Positions 39,520-49,027 of a stretch of DNA of 64,000 nucleotides are shown here, in pieces. The notes beneath the pieces were generated by a model. That model searched no databases. It worked only from the letters and a program-made list of their open reading frames with translations, and was not told where the DNA came from. The DNA lies in NCBI GenBank assembly GCA_934141475.1, contig CAKPCG010000006.1, positions 601-64,600 of the forward strand, given 5' to 3'. Position 1 is the stretch's first letter; each line of letters opens with the position of its first letter. Source of the DNA: an uncultured Clostridia bacterium. GTDB taxonomy: Bacteria > Bacillota > Clostridia > TANB77 > CAG-508. Both the position numbers and the translations under genes were made by a program.

Positions 39520-39595
39520 GCGGGAATAGCTCAGTTGATAGAGCGCCGCCTTGCCAAGGCGGAGGTCGCGGGTTTGAGCCCCGTTTCCCGCTCCA
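39520..39595 (+). tRNA. tRNA-Gly(GCC)
   Basis: Cloverleaf folded by hand: acceptor GCGGGAA/TTCCCGC, D-arm GCTC/GAGC, anticodon stem CCGCC/GGCGG with loop TTGCCAA, T-arm, encoded CCA. Confidence 0.9.
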
Positions 39596-39641
39596 AATTT
39601 TAAGTACTATTTTTGCTTTTATAGCATATAATTTAATATAA

Positions 39642-39715
39642 GGCGACTTAGCCAAGCGGTAAGGCACGAGTCTGCAAAACTCTGATGATCGGTTCGACTC
39701 CGATAGTCGCCTCCA
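39642..39715 (+). tRNA. tRNA-Cys(GCA)
   Basis: Acceptor GGCGACT/AGTCGCC, anticodon loop CTGCAAA, T-loop GGTTCGACTCC, encoded CCA. Confidence 0.9.
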
Positions 39716-39722
39716 AAAAATA

Positions 39723-39762
39723 ATCGATAAAACGTTGGTATATCAACATTTTATCGATTTTT
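39723..39762 (+). terminator. rho-independent terminator after the tRNA pair
   Basis: atcgataaaacgttg-gtatat-caacattttatcgat + tttt. Confidence 0.75.
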
Positions 39763-40315
39763 ATATATTTTATGCTAAAAATAAAAATATAGTATTTTCA
39801 ATACTTTTTAAAGCTGAAAAGTAAAAAAATCAATTTATATGGGTTAAAAAATAGTTAAAATAAAACAGAAATGAATAATATCATTTCTGTAATGGTATGG
39901 GTAATGGATTCGAACCATTTTGACCTTTATCTATAACTTTTACCTATTTTAATCAAACATATTTATTTCGCAACCCATATATACAAAGGTCTTTTCCATT
40001 TTTGCTATTTATTTTTTTCATTTTATCTTTCTCCCTTATAAAAATTTTGTCTATTAAGTTAATCATTAAAGTGATAATTGTTGGTATTGTGTCCATTCGT
40101 ATAAGGATTATGAATAAAACTAGTTTAATTATTATAGGGAACATTATATGCAATGAATTTTTATGAATTTTAATAAAAACTATTGATTTTTATTAAAAAA
40201 ATCTGTATAATTAACTTAATAATTACATATTATAGTTAATAATTCCCCTGTTGATTCGAAGCTTTACGTTTAGTGCGTAAAAGATTTATGTAGATGAGAT
40301 GGGGGATTATTGATT

Positions 40316-41152
40316 TTATTGCTTTTTGGTAAGTTTTCTATAGTAAGTAGAATTACTTGGAATAAACTTCCAATGTCTATAAGGTATTGTCCATGTATTC
40401 ATATTGTGTAATCCTGTTGATACTCCTATATTAAAATTTGGATGAATTTCTCTAATTCTACTTAATATATGTTTATATAGTTTTTCTTTAGCTATTGTCT
40501 TTTTTCCTCTTTTATTACTATTAGGCAATTTCTCTTTATGAAAATTATTCAATCTAAAATTTATTGAGCCTAATATTATATCCATACATTGTAAAATAAC
40601 GTGATTATGAGAAATTACTTCTGCAATATTTTCTCTTTTAATATATATATTATTATCTTTAAAAATATTTACATTGTTTAATCCATAAACAAAATCTATA
40701 AAAGTGTTGTTTCTATTAGGTGTATTGGGCAATTTGTCAAAATAAAATCTAACTGAAATTTCTTTATTTTTTAAAGGATTACAATTTTCAAATCCAAAAG
40801 CCCATTTTACAAATTGATAATAAAGTAAATAATATTCATTATCTATTTGATTGTCTGTTAAATCATTTGCTATATAGCATACGGGTTTAAACATTATTCT
40901 AATTTTTATATTACTTATTTTAATATAATCAAAAAATAAGTCCATTATTTCTACATATTTTTCTAAATAGCTTTCTGTTACTTTAGACCATTTAATTTCT
41001 CCAAACAAATTTAATTCTAATTTCTTTTTATTTAAAGATGATGTTAATTTATCAATTTGCTTTGAATTAACAACAGCACCACCATAGAAATTTCCAAAAT
41101 ATTTTCCTTTTTTGGCAGACTCATCACAATAAACAATGTATTCTTCTTTCAA
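40316..41152 (-). CDS. DUF3800-family protein
   Basis: 278 aa. The N-terminal IVYCDESAKKG motif (Y.DES) and overall size are typical of DUF3800. Confidence 0.65.
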   Translation of the reverse strand: MKEEYIVYCDESAKKGKYFGNFYGGAVVNSKQIDKLTSSLNKKKLELNLFGEIKWSKVTESYLEKYVEIMDLFFDYIKISNIKIRIMFKPVCYIANDLTDNQIDNEYYLLYYQFVKWAFGFENCNPLKNKEISVRFYFDKLPNTPNRNNTFIDFVYGLNNVNIFKDNNIYIKRENIAEVISHNHVILQCMDIILGSINFRLNNFHKEKLPNSNKRGKKTIAKEKLYKHILSRIREIHPNFNIGVSTGLHNMNTWTIPYRHWKFIPSNSTYYRKLTKKQ

Positions 41153-41357
41153 GATTTATCCTCCTTTAGTTTAATAATCAAATTATAGCATAATAAGGAG
41201 AAATATACAATATTATCAAACATATTTTCTATATAATTTTACAATATATAATAATATTTTTATAATATTAAATTTATTGGGTTAAAAATGTGTTAAAATG
41301 AGATTTTTTCAGCACAAAAGTACAGAATACAAGAGGGATACAGGATACACTCAATAT

Positions 41358-41460
41358 GACTATCGCCTCCAATAAAAGAACGATAAAATGCTGTTACATC
41401 AACATTTTATCGTTTTTTATATGATTTTATGTGCAGAACAAGAATGTAGTATTTTCAATG
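41358..41460 (+). repeat. duplicated tRNA-Cys 3' end + terminator (att-like direct repeat)
   Basis: gactatcgcctccaataaaagaacgataaaatgctgttacatcaacattttatcgttttttatatgattttatg...gtattttcaatg aligns with 39702-39803 at roughly 75-80% identity by eye. Confidence 0.75.
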
Positions 41461-41611
41461 ATTTTATATATAAAAAAATGTGACAAAATTTTATATGTTC
41501 GCTTGAATTTTACCAATAAATGTTATATGATATCAAACATAGGAAATGAGATAGTAGATTTGTGTTACCACTTCAAATTGGATAGTTTTACTATCAGAAA
41601 GTGAGGTGGTG

Positions 41612-41811
41612 TTTATGAGTTTTTTATTATTTTCATTTTGCATGATTACTAAATATGGTATTAATTTTAATGCTTATGGTACATATTTTTTTATATTTGC
41701 TATTTCCTCATTTGATAAAAATAAATGTGTTGCATTTACCGAGTCTTCCCATACTTCTAGAAGTTTATTTATTATTGTTTCATTCCTATCTTTTACTTCA
41801 ATTATTCTCAT
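41612..41811 (-). pseudogene. GNAT N-acetyltransferase remnant (in-frame TAA, 3' truncated)
   Basis: MRIIEVKDRNETIINKLLEVWEDSVNATHLFLSNEEIANIKKYVP*ALKLIPYLVIMQNENNKKLI... The TAA at 41674-41676 falls where homologues have Gln. The acetyl-CoA binding part is absent. Confidence 0.6.
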
Positions 41812-41844
41812 TTTGTTTATTCACTCCAAACTTATATTTAAATT

Positions 41845-42459
41845 TTATTTTATATAAGTATTTAAAATAAAATAAATATTTTCTACAACTTTATCAGCAA
41901 AATCTTCTTTTAAATATCCTATATTTTCTTTTTTCATTTTTGAATATTTTGTTAAAGTGTATTTTATTTCATCTTCAATCATCTGTTTATTCATTCCGCA
42001 AATTGGTAAAATTTTTGCACTTTTTATTTTTTGTTTTACTTCTTGCCACCATTTTTGGTCTATATTATTGCATTCTAATTTAAATATTCCTTCTTCATAA
42101 TGTTTGTATGCTGTATTATAGTCAAAACCTTCTTTAATTAAATTTGGATATAATTCATTTTGATATATTTTATCACATATTATATCTGTTAAAACATGTA
42201 TTAGATATCCTTTTAGATATGTTTCTTCATAATTTTCTTTGTTTTTTTTATAGAAATCTATTATATTTTTTTGCCATTTATCTAAATTTTCATCTCTTAC
42301 ATGAGTTCTCCATCTATCTTCCTTACTTGCAAAACCATACGCATTTACGCTATCTGGCACCATTAGTCCTAAATAAAAATCATTTGTGTCTAAGTTTAAA
42401 TCGTTTTTGGCAATTTTATTTCCTACTAATTCATGAAATAGTATTGTTGGCATTTTCAT
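41845..42459 (-). CDS. hypothetical protein, possibly zinc-dependent phospholipase-C-like hydrolase fold
   Basis: 204 aa; H..L...., G.MVPDS, THVRD and HVLTDIICD motifs weakly recall the Zn-dependent PLC family. Confidence 0.4.
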   Translation of the reverse strand: MKMPTILFHELVGNKIAKNDLNLDTNDFYLGLMVPDSVNAYGFASKEDRWRTHVRDENLDKWQKNIIDFYKKNKENYEETYLKGYLIHVLTDIICDKIYQNELYPNLIKEGFDYNTAYKHYEEGIFKLECNNIDQKWWQEVKQKIKSAKILPICGMNKQMIEDEIKYTLTKYSKMKKENIGYLKEDFADKVVENIYFILNTYIK

Positions 42460-42498
42460 TCCTCCTTTTCATTTTTGACATTATACCACATTTATATT

Positions 42499-43212
42499 TT
42501 ATTTTACAGTTATTAAGTTTTTTATATTTTCAAATTTGTTTTCTCCTATTCCACTTACATTTTTTAAATCTTCTATATATTTAAATTTGCCATTTTGTTC
42601 TCTATATTCTACTATTCTTACAGCTATTGAAGCTCCTATACCCGGCAAAATTTGCAATTCTTCTTGTGTTGCTTTATTTATATTTATTAGTTTTGATTCT
42701 TTTTGTTTTATGTCCTCATTTTCTATAATTCCTTCGCCATTCTCTTTTTGAAAAATTTCTTCATCTTCTTCAATCTTTTCGTCATCGTTACTGTCATATT
42801 CACTGTAGTCATTATATTCGTCATAGTCATCATCTATATATTTTATAATCGGAATTTTTATTTTTACTCCATCTTCTAACATATATGCTAGATTGACTTT
42901 TGATATATCTGCCTCATCTGTTAGTCCTCCACTTGCTTCAATTGCATCTTCTATTCTGCTTCCTTCATTTAGTTCTACAACACCTGGATTTTTTACACCT
43001 CCTGTTATATGAACAAATATTTTTTTATTTTCTTCTTCTTCATCTTTTGTTTGGTTTTGTTTTGTTGTATTTGATACTAAAATCTCATCATCCAATTGAA
43101 TATTTTCATTTGTCTGATTTTTATTATATATTATTGCAATTATTCCTATTGATATAATTGCTGCTATTAATACTATTAATATTTTTTGTTTTTTGCTTAA
43201 ATTTTCTAACAT
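42499..43212 (-). CDS. comEA: competence protein ComEA (SLBB + helix-hairpin-helix)
   Basis: TM anchor, IFVHITGGVKNPGVVELNEGSRIEDAIEASGG, C-terminal ININKATQEELQILPGIGASIAVRIVEYREQNGKFKYIEDLKNVSGIG. Confidence 0.85.
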   Translation of the reverse strand: MLENLSKKQKILIVLIAAIISIGIIAIIYNKNQTNENIQLDDEILVSNTTKQNQTKDEEEENKKIFVHITGGVKNPGVVELNEGSRIEDAIEASGGLTDEADISKVNLAYMLEDGVKIKIPIIKYIDDDYDEYNDYSEYDSNDDEKIEEDEEIFQKENGEGIIENEDIKQKESKLININKATQEELQILPGIGASIAVRIVEYREQNGKFKYIEDLKNVSGIGENKFENIKNLITVK

Positions 43213-43308
43213 TTTTCCTCCTTATTTTTATTTTTTTCCTAAAATTATTGCAAAATTTGCATATATATTGTATATTTTAAATATTAAATTTTAAAAAGTG
43301 GTGAATTT

Positions 43309-44568
43309 ATGAAAAACAAGTTTTTAAGTATGCTTTTATTTTTTGTTTTTTGCATTTTTACTTTTCAAAGTAATTTTGTTTATTGTGCAAATGATAATAG
43401 TATATCTTCTAATGATAATATAAATATATATTCCGATGCGGGAATTTTAATAGATTTTAAGACTGGCAATGTTCTTTATTCTAAAAATGGTAATGAAAGA
43501 AGGTATCCTGCAAGTACAACTAAAATTTTGACTGCAATCCTTGCTATAGAAAAATGTAACTTAGATGATATAGTTACTGTTTCTAAAAGCGCTGTTTCAT
43601 CTATTCCTTCAGGATATTCATCTGCTTATTTATCTGCTGATGAAGAAATTTCTGTAAGAGATTTAATAACAGTGTTTTTAGTTCATTCTGCAAATGATGC
43701 AGGATATGTTCTTGCAGAACACATTTCTGGCTCTATTGATGCCTTTGCAGATTTAATGAATTCTAAAGCAAAGGAAATTGGCTGTATAGATACTCATTTT
43801 ACAAATCCAAGTGGTATTCATGATGAAAATCATTATACTACTGCTTCAGATTTAGCTTTAATTGCAAGATATTGCATGCAAAATGCAACTTTTAAAAGTA
43901 TAGTTTCTAAAAAGACTTGTACAATTAGCAGTACTAATAAATTTGGTGAAAGATCTTATATAAATACCAATGATTTGCTTAATCCTTCTTCTAAATATTA
44001 TTTGGAAGAATGTGTTGGCATAAAAACTGGTTATACAAGCCAAGCTAAAAATTGTTTAATTTCGGCTTGTTCTAAAAATGGACTTGGATTAATTTGTGTT
44101 ATTTTAGGAGCAAACCCCATAAATAATAGTGAAAGTTCTAGATATATAGATTCTATTAACTTATTTAAATATGGATATTCTAATTATTCTTTAAAGACTT
44201 TAATAAATAAAGGTGATGTAGTGGAAACAATTAAAATTTCTAATGGTTCTGATGAAACTAAAAGTCTAGACCTGATAGTAGAAGATTCAATTTCTGCTTT
44301 ATCAAATAACAGTGCTGTGGTTTCTGAACCTAAAATTGTATTAAAAGGTAATTTATCTGCTCCTATAGCAAAAAATTCTATAGTTGGTACTATTTCTTAT
44401 ACAATAGATGATACAACTTATACACAAAATTTACTTGCATCACATGATGTAGAGCAAAGTAATTACACTGTTTATATTTTAGGTTTTGTATTTATATTTT
44501 TAGTAATAATAAGTATTTTGACAATAATAATTATTATGAAATTTAAAAAAAGTAAATATGATTTTTAA
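43309..44568 (+). CDS. D-alanyl-D-alanine carboxypeptidase (PBP5-like, S11)
   Basis: Signal peptide, SxxK (ASTTKIL), SxN (HSANDAG), KTG (IKTGYT), C-terminal TM anchor. Confidence 0.9.
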   Translation: MKNKFLSMLLFFVFCIFTFQSNFVYCANDNSISSNDNINIYSDAGILIDFKTGNVLYSKNGNERRYPASTTKILTAILAIEKCNLDDIVTVSKSAVSSIPSGYSSAYLSADEEISVRDLITVFLVHSANDAGYVLAEHISGSIDAFADLMNSKAKEIGCIDTHFTNPSGIHDENHYTTASDLALIARYCMQNATFKSIVSKKTCTISSTNKFGERSYINTNDLLNPSSKYYLEECVGIKTGYTSQAKNCLISACSKNGLGLICVILGANPINNSESSRYIDSINLFKYGYSNYSLKTLINKGDVVETIKISNGSDETKSLDLIVEDSISALSNNSAVVSEPKIVLKGNLSAPIAKNSIVGTISYTIDDTTYTQNLLASHDVEQSNYTVYILGFVFIFLVIISILTIIIIMKFKKSKYDF

Positions 44569-44608
44569 ATTTTATTGAATTCAAATTTTATGAAATTTAA
44601 ATTTTATT

Positions 44609-44640
44609 TTGGGAGGGATTTTAAATCCCTCCTTTTTATT
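44609..44640. terminator. bidirectional terminator between convergent genes
   Basis: gggagggattt-t-aaatccctcc followed by ttttt. Confidence 0.75.
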
Positions 44641-46000
44641 TGTAATCTTTTCCTAGAATTATTTTTACATCTACTGTACTTGTGCTCGATGTACTACTAG
44701 ATATATTTCCTACTCCAAGAATTTCTTTTATTTTATCCGTTGTTTTGCTAGGAACTGCTGTCTTGTTTATTATTGTTGTTTTAGTTGTTGCTGTTGTAGT
44801 TCCTGTTTTATATACATTATATCCTTGTGCTTTTAGTGCTTTTGTTGCTTGATTTAAAAGTGCACTATTTCCACTTCCATTTAATAATTCTATTTTTATA
44901 TTTGAATTAGTAGTTTCGGTTGATTCTTCATTATTAGTTGTAGAAGATTTTATTTGATTTGTTGTATTACTTTTAGTTTCTATTTCATTTGTTTCTTTTG
45001 TTTCACTTGCTTCATTTTCTGATGATGTTACATTTTGTTCATTAAATATTTCTTCTACTAGGCTTTTTGTTTCTTTTTCGTTATATATAAAGAATGATAA
45101 TTTGTTATAGTAATCAGCTTCTCCTGGTATGCTTTCTGCTCTTATATTTTCTGTATTAAATTCTACTGCATATGGTATATAATCTGTTACCATTGACCAA
45201 TTTTTTATATTTGTTGTTACATTTTCTTTTACTATGTCTATAAAACTTCCTATTTTTGTTATATTTTTTAATTGTAATGTTTGTTTTGCAACTTCTGTTA
45301 TGAATTCTCTTTGTGTTCTCATTCTTCCTAAGTCATTATCTCCATAGCTTGATGGATATGATGTTCCATTGTTATTTTTTCTGAATCTTACTAATCCTTC
45401 TGCTTGTGTTCCATTTAGTTTTTGTTTTCCTTTTTTTAGGTGTATTGCTAGATCTTGTGAGCTATCATCGTAATTCATGTTTATTGGTACATCGAATTCT
45501 ACTCCACCTATTTCGTCTACTAATTGAACAAGTGCATTGTTGCTTATTACTACATAGTAAATTATATTTAGACCTGTTATTTTATTTACTGCTGCTAGCG
45601 TTTTTTCTGGGCTTGATTGGTATAAGGCATTTATTTTGTCATATGAAGTTGCCTTATTTTTGTTTGTTCCAACAAATGTATCCCTTGGAATTGATAGTAA
45701 TGCTGCTTTTTGAGTTTTTGGATTATATGATGCAACTATAATTGTGTCAGTAAGTTTTGAGCTTATGTCCTCACTTACTCCCATTATTAATACTGTAAAT
45801 GGCTCTAAATTTTGTAATTTTTTTTCGTCTTGTCCTACTGCTGTTTGTATCATTCCTTTTAGTCCCCATCCGTTTTTGTAGGTACTGTATCCAATAAATC
45901 CTCCTATGAATAGTACTATCATTAATAATATTATTAGTAATACTTTTAGTGCTCTATGTTTCTTTTTTATTTTTTTATTTTTTTCTACTTTTTTATTCAT
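44636..46000 (-). CDS. LCP (LytR-CpsA-Psr) family protein with LytR_C domain
   Basis: TM anchor, FTVLIMGVSEDISSKLTDTIIVASYNP...SIPRDT.., Ser/Thr-rich linker, C-terminal IKIELLNGSG domain. Confidence 0.85.
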   Translation of the reverse strand: MNKKVEKNKKIKKKHRALKVLLIILLMIVLFIGGFIGYSTYKNGWGLKGMIQTAVGQDEKKLQNLEPFTVLIMGVSEDISSKLTDTIIVASYNPKTQKAALLSIPRDTFVGTNKNKATSYDKINALYQSSPEKTLAAVNKITGLNIIYYVVISNNALVQLVDEIGGVEFDVPINMNYDDSSQDLAIHLKKGKQKLNGTQAEGLVRFRKNNNGTSYPSSYGDNDLGRMRTQREFITEVAKQTLQLKNITKIGSFIDIVKENVTTNIKNWSMVTDYIPYAVEFNTENIRAESIPGEADYYNKLSFFIYNEKETKSLVEEIFNEQNVTSSENEASETKETNEIETKSNTTNQIKSSTTNNEESTETTNSNIKIELLNGSGNSALLNQATKALKAQGYNVYKTGTTTATTKTTIINKTAVPSKTTDKIKEILGVGNISSSTSSTSTVDVKIILGKDYK

Positions 46001-46051
46001 TTGCTTATATTTTCCACTCTTTTCCTTCTAAATTAAAAACTATATGCTAAA

Positions 46052-46720
46052 TTATACCAAATATTTTCCTAAAACGCAATAGTTTACTATAATATTGTTA
46101 TTATATAGTACTTTTGTTACATATGATTCTTCTATTGCTGTTGATATTTTTTCATTTCCTTTTATTGATATAATAAAAAACATTATTGTTAATATTATAT
46201 AAACTATTACTAATCCCTTTATTGCTCCATAGGCTATTCCTCCAACTTCATTTAATTGTTTTATAATTGGAAATTTAGCAATACTTCCTGTTATAATTTT
46301 TAGAATAAATAGAATTGCTCTTATTACAATAAATAAAATTATTCCTGTAATCACTTCTACTACTTTTGTTGATATTTGTTTTGCAACAACTTCAGTCGCT
46401 TGTTTTTTTGCTTCTTCTGCTGTGTTTTGTATGGCATTTTGTATAAATATGTTTATATCTTTGCTATTTTTTTTCTCTTCTTTTTCTGTTTCGTTATCAC
46501 TGTTTTTTATTATTATTTCTTCTATTTTATTATCTATTTGAGTATTATTTATTATAATATTTGAAATAGGTTTATATAGTACTAATGTCGCAATAATTGC
46601 TATTAAAAATGCGCATATATTTAATATTACATTCATTAATCCTTTTTTGTACCCTATTATTATATTTATAATTAATATTGCAATTATAATTATATCTAAA
46701 AAAATTCCCATCTTTATCAC
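46052..46720 (-). CDS. cvpA: CvpA-family membrane protein
   Basis: DIIIIAILIINIIIGYKKGLM start and a 4-TM layout typical of CvpA. Confidence 0.7.
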   Translation of the reverse strand: MIKMGIFLDIIIIAILIINIIIGYKKGLMNVILNICAFLIAIIATLVLYKPISNIIINNTQIDNKIEEIIIKNSDNETEKEEKKNSKDINIFIQNAIQNTAEEAKKQATEVVAKQISTKVVEVITGIILFIVIRAILFILKIITGSIAKFPIIKQLNEVGGIAYGAIKGLVIVYIILTIMFFIISIKGNEKISTAIEESYVTKVLYNNNIIVNYCVLGKYLV

Positions 46721-46723
46721 CTA

Positions 46724-47941
46724 CTACAAATTTATTATTTCTATTCTGTCTTTATATATAATTATTGCTATATTGCTTGTTAACATTACATTTGTTATTT
46801 CTTGTTTTGAAGCGTATTTTTTTATTAGCATTCCATTTGTGTTTATAAAGTGCATTTCTGTTCCTATATTTATTCCTATTATGTTTTCGTTTGTATACAT
46901 TTCTTTTGCTATTTCATCGAAATTATATGATACTGTTTGGTTATTTTGTGTGTTTATTATGTTTAGTGTTGAACTTGAATCAAATATTCCTTTTTGTTCT
47001 TCTTTTATGTATGCTAAACTATTATTTAAATTTCCAGAGATAAATGTTGCACCTTCATCATCTTTTATTATTTCTGTTTCTTCATTATTTTTTACTATTG
47101 AAACAGAATTATCGTATACACAAACAAGTTCTCCTTTTTCTTGATATTTAACTTTTATTATCATTTTTGATGTTTCAGATTCTTTTGAATATACAATTGA
47201 TTCGCTTGAATTAGTTGTTGCTTTATCTACTGATATTATTTTTACATTTGATTTTATTAGTGTTCCAGAGGTATCCATTTCTCCAAAAGCTACATATTTG
47301 TTATCATTTGATATTGTTACATCAATTACTCTTGTAGATGATATAAAGTTTCTTAGCAATTGTTTTCCATTTGGATCATATAATGTGATTATTGATTTAT
47401 ATGTTGTATTTGTTGTAACTAAAGCAACATATCCGTTTTTGTTTATACTAATTTGTAAAATTTCTCCCTCTACTTGTTGTTTCCACTTGTAAGTTTTATC
47501 TGAAATTACACAAAATTCTTGTCCTCCTTTTTCGGCTATTGCTAAATATTTGTCGCTTGACGAAAATAAGGCTGTATTTATATCTATTGGTATATCTGTT
47601 ATATTTTCTCCATTTTGACTATATAATTTAAGATTTTTTTCATTTAATATACATATATATTTACTATAACAAAATATTTGATTGTTTTTTTCTACATTTA
47701 AGTCTATTGAAGCTACTTCTTCAGATGTTATATTTTTTCTAAGTACATTTTCATCTATCCATTTTCTAAAACTTTCGTCTGCTATATATATTGAACTTAT
47801 AATAATAATTGCTATTAGAAAAATTGATATTATTGCTACTATTACTATTTTTCTAATATTTAGTTCTCTTTGTATTTTGTATTGTTCATTATTTTCCTCT
47901 TCCATATTTGACTCCTTTTTAGGCTGTTTTATTTTGTACAT
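46724..47941 (-). CDS. hypothetical membrane-anchored beta-propeller-like protein (DUF5711-like)
   Basis: 405 aa with one N-terminal TM. Conserved in Clostridia next to cvpA. Family assignment is from memory only. Confidence 0.5.
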   Translation of the reverse strand: MYKIKQPKKESNMEEENNEQYKIQRELNIRKIVIVAIISIFLIAIIIISSIYIADESFRKWIDENVLRKNITSEEVASIDLNVEKNNQIFCYSKYICILNEKNLKLYSQNGENITDIPIDINTALFSSSDKYLAIAEKGGQEFCVISDKTYKWKQQVEGEILQISINKNGYVALVTTNTTYKSIITLYDPNGKQLLRNFISSTRVIDVTISNDNKYVAFGEMDTSGTLIKSNVKIISVDKATTNSSESIVYSKESETSKMIIKVKYQEKGELVCVYDNSVSIVKNNEETEIIKDDEGATFISGNLNNSLAYIKEEQKGIFDSSSTLNIINTQNNQTVSYNFDEIAKEMYTNENIIGINIGTEMHFINTNGMLIKKYASKQEITNVMLTSNIAIIIYKDRIEIINL

Positions 47942-47970
47942 TTTACCAAATATGTAATTATTTTACAAGT

Positions 47971-48979
47971 TTAATTTCTCATATTTATATAAAAAATCTC
48001 TATTAAGCCTAAAAATCCAAATAGTGGAAATAAGTTTCCAATAAGATTTGAGAATCCAATTGGTGATACTAAAACTGATATTACACATATTGCCATTGCT
48101 AACTTCTTAAATTTTATATTATTTTCTGCTGACATATTATTTAAAAAAACTATTCCAACTGAAATAGCTGTTGTAAATATTGCAATTAATACTGCTATTC
48201 CATATATAATATTGAATTTATTAAATGTATTATTTATAACATATATTATTGGCATTTCTATTTTTTCAAAATTTTTATCTACATTTGCTAGTAATAAAAA
48301 GACAAAAATTGATAATATGCTCATTATAATTCCTGTTCCAATTGATGAAAATATAATTTGTTTTTTGTTTTTTATTAATTTTTTTAAATTTATCAAAACT
48401 GGAATTAATAAAATTAAATTATAACTTGCATATAAAATCGCTTGTACAATCCAAATAAGATTATTTTTATCGGAAATTTGATATATTGTTTTATATATAT
48501 TTAAATTTTTCATATTTTCTATTCCAACAATAAATACTATTGTAATTAAAATAGGTATTATGATATCATTTACTTTTGTTATGCTTTCTATGTTTTTTAG
48601 AAAAATTATATATGAGATAAATGCTAATATTATGCTTCCTAATATTTTATTTAGTCCAATTGCTTGATTTAAATATGTTCCAAATCCTGATATCATTATA
48701 AAATATGTTGCACATAAAAATATATTTATTATATTATTTATTATTGAAATCAATTTTGTTTTGTCTTTTAATATATATTCTAAGAATTCTTTATATGAAT
48801 TTATATTATTTTTTTTTGCAATCATTAATGTTTTATATATTGTAATTGACATTATTAAATTACATATTATAATTCCAAATATTCCTTTTATGCCAAATCT
48901 ATAAAAAAATAAATATATTTCTTGTCCAGATGCAAAACCTGCACCGTATTATTGCACCTATTATTGTAAATAAAATCAT
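47971..48979 (-). CDS. YkvI-family membrane protein, +1 break at CGG
   Basis: ATG at 48979 (RBS AGGGG) gives MILFTIIGAII, then CGG (48946-48944). The +1 frame from GGT 48945 reads GAGFASGQEIYLFFYRFGIKGIFGIIICNLIMSITIYK into ORF 47971..48852, restoring the family GAGFASGQE motif. Confidence 0.8.
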
Positions 48980-49027
48980 AAATAAAACCCCTGTATTATT
49001 ATATACAGGAGTTTTTTATTTATGATT

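Larger units (their letters stand above)
39716..41370. mobile_element. ~1.65 kb islet at the tRNA-Cys 3' end (DUF3800 cargo, no integrase)
   Basis: Flanked by an imperfect direct repeat that includes the last ~13 nt of tRNA-Cys plus its terminator (39702-39803 vs 41358-41460). A second internal direct repeat, gggttaaaaa(a)t(a/g)tgttaaaat, lies at ~39841 and ~41281. Confidence 0.6.

Noticed and set aside
39431-39667. 78-aa minus-strand ORF
   Set aside because: It lies directly over tRNA-Gly and tRNA-Cys. Its relative GC-richness comes from the tRNAs.
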